From Chthoniobacteraceae bacterium (lineage in GTDB: Bacteria > Verrucomicrobiota > Verrucomicrobiia > Chthoniobacterales > Chthoniobacteraceae): a stretch of DNA of 29,615 nt. The stretch spans positions 1-29,615 of the forward strand of contig JANNWY010000323.1 of NCBI GenBank assembly GCA_031409335.1, given 5' to 3'. Shown one piece after another: positions 28,120-29,615 of this stretch (positions are counted from its first letter, which is position 1; the number at the start of each line of letters is the position of its first letter). The position numbers and the translations under genes were made by a program. The notes below the pieces were generated by a model. That model made no database searches and had not been told where the DNA came from. It was given only the letters and a program-made list of their open reading frames with translations.

Positions 28120-28527
28120 CTACTTCGCCCGCATCCGATTGTTCTTCGGATGGTGCTCCAGTTCGCAAAGCCCCAGCGCCTCCATCAACGGCGGCACATA
28201 CACGCCGAAGCGCCCGCGCAGCCCTTTCTTCAGGCCATACCAGCCGCCGATCGGATTCGCCGCCGACCGTCCCCAAGCCTCCACCGTCCCATCCTTCGCC
28301 GGCTTCTGCTCATCCGCCCCGCCGAGCTCCATCCAGCCGCCGTGCGCCTTCAGCATCGCGTGCAAATCCGCAAGGCACCGCGCATCGTAGTGCAGCACTG
28401 TTTTTCCAACCGTGCAGACGAGGATCGCCAAGCCGTCCTTCGCGTCCGCGTGCATCGTGAAGTCGGATGTTCTCGGTGGAGTCTTGAGGGGGAGCGGATT
28501 CTCTTTTGTGCGGTCGAGGGTTTTCAT
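28120..28527 (-). CDS. Conserved hypothetical protein (possibly DUF6855-like)
   Basis: LKTPP...CTVGKT...WGRSAANPIGGWYGLKKGLRGRFG...NNRMRA; ATG 28527. Confidence 0.7.
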   Translation of the reverse strand: MKTLDRTKENPLPLKTPPRTSDFTMHADAKDGLAILVCTVGKTVLHYDARCLADLHAMLKAHGGWMELGGADEQKPAKDGTVEAWGRSAANPIGGWYGLKKGLRGRFGVYVPPLMEALGLCELEHHPKNNRMRAK

Positions 28528-28636
28528 GGGAGTGCGCCTTGGCTTGGTGAAGTCCAACCACAGGCGACCATTCAATCACCAGAGAATCAAGCCTTCCTCG
28601 TTCTCATATCCCAAAAACGATATGTGCCGGAGAGAG

Positions 28637-29614
28637 CTAATTGCCAGTGGTAACCAGCCAACGCGTCCTCTCCTGCAACACCACGCTGGCGCGCTGGCCA
28701 CTGACTACAGTCACCCTTTCGAAATATGCCGTGCTGACGAACGACGTTGTGCCATTTGCAATCGCGGGCCAGACGATTTTGAGGTTGTATGCGCCGGCCG
28801 GAGCGTTGACCGCAAACCGTCCGTCGGAGTCGCTCCGCCCGCGCCAGATAAACGGCGGACGGTCAGGATTTCCGTACGGCGAGCGAGCCTCTTCCACCTC
28901 CACCCACAGGCCCGGAAATGGCACGTTCACTTTCGCGATTCCGTCATAGTTTGCCGTTAATCCGTCGATGCCAGTGTCCGCGGTGAGCGCGGGTGCGGGA
29001 ATGATCTCCAACAGGCTGACCGCGATGCCATTGACTTCTATTCGCAGCAGACCAGGCGCGCGGGCGAATTTCACAGAAGCGCGAACTGGCTCAAAGGCAA
29101 AAGTGACCGGGCCCGTCGGCCGACGAACTCCGAAGTCAAACCTCGCCACGCCATCCACTCCAGTGCCGCGAGAAACAAGGAGCGCCGAGTGACCGCTGCT
29201 TGGTGTCCTGGCGGTCGCTTCGATGATTAAGTCGTCCGTTGTGTAGTCAGACCAGAGTTTCAGCGATAGCGACGAGTTCCACGAATCGTAGTCCAGCGGC
29301 AAAACCCTCGGTTTTGGTAAAGAGAAGCTCAAGTGGGTGAACGAACCGGCCGTGACGAGAAACTCTTGATTGGGAATCAACAGACCGGTTCCAAACCCGG
29401 CGTCCGTCATTACGGCATATCGTCCCGGCGGAGTCAGAAATCGAAAATTTCCCTGGCCGTCGGCTCGAACTCGGGAGGCAAAGCGTGGACGCCCGTCCAG
29501 TGTGCTTGGCTCGCGCAACTCCCGGATGTAAAAGTCTGCGTTCGCTGCGCGTGAATTGTCGGGAGCCAGAAAGACCACACCGTCAACGCCAGTGTCAGCA
29601 GCCAACTCACCCCA
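28637..29614 (-). CDS. Hypothetical protein with repeated carboxypeptidase-regulatory-like/Ig-like domains; 5' end probably outside window
   Basis: Frame open to the window edge; ADTG(V/I)DG...(A/S)D..G.F....P.G.Y repeat seen twice. Confidence 0.6.
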   Translation of the reverse strand, partial: WGELAADTGVDGVVFLAPDNSRAANADFYIRELREPSTLDGRPRFASRVRADGQGNFRFLTPPGRYAVMTDAGFGTGLLIPNQEFLVTAGSFTHLSFSLPKPRVLPLDYDSWNSSLSLKLWSDYTTDDLIIEATARTPSSGHSALLVSRGTGVDGVARFDFGVRRPTGPVTFAFEPVRASVKFARAPGLLRIEVNGIAVSLLEIIPAPALTADTGIDGLTANYDGIAKVNVPFPGLWVEVEEARSPYGNPDRPPFIWRGRSDSDGRFAVNAPAGAYNLKIVWPAIANGTTSFVSTAYFERVTVVSGQRASVVLQERTRWLVTTGN

Positions 29615-29615
29615 C

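Noticed and set aside
1..29615. CRISPR array, tRNA, rRNA, IS elements, clear intrinsic terminators
   Set aside because: None recognisable by eye; the window is almost fully protein-coding

Overview
GC-rich bacterial DNA, probably PVC superphylum (Verrucomicrobia-like; inferred from a DUF1592-type protein and SD-less starts). The backbone is a denitrification/NO cluster: norD 3' end, Dnr-like Crp/Fnr regulator plus DUF2249, nirK fused to cytochrome c, then an alginate-export-type porin, a NirV/FGE-like protein and SCO. Four FNR/DNR boxes are visible. The cluster is interrupted twice by about 8-9 kb cargo blocks, and each block is closed by a diverged second copy of the 3' end of the gene in front of it (norD 245-448 / 9241-9444; nirK 12172-12383 / 20486-20580). 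No integrase or transposase is present. Block 1 carries two hybrid histidine kinases with near-identical kinase-receiver modules, a group III truncated globin and pdxH. Block 2 carries an Fe3+-type ABC transporter, a GMC oxidoreductase/small subunit/SNase-nuclease trio, DUF1080-like and DUF1259 genes, and a broken chrB-like remnant fused to the nirK remnant. The right end holds minus-strand DUF1592-type and hypothetical genes. All family calls are from motif recognition by eye; no searches were run.
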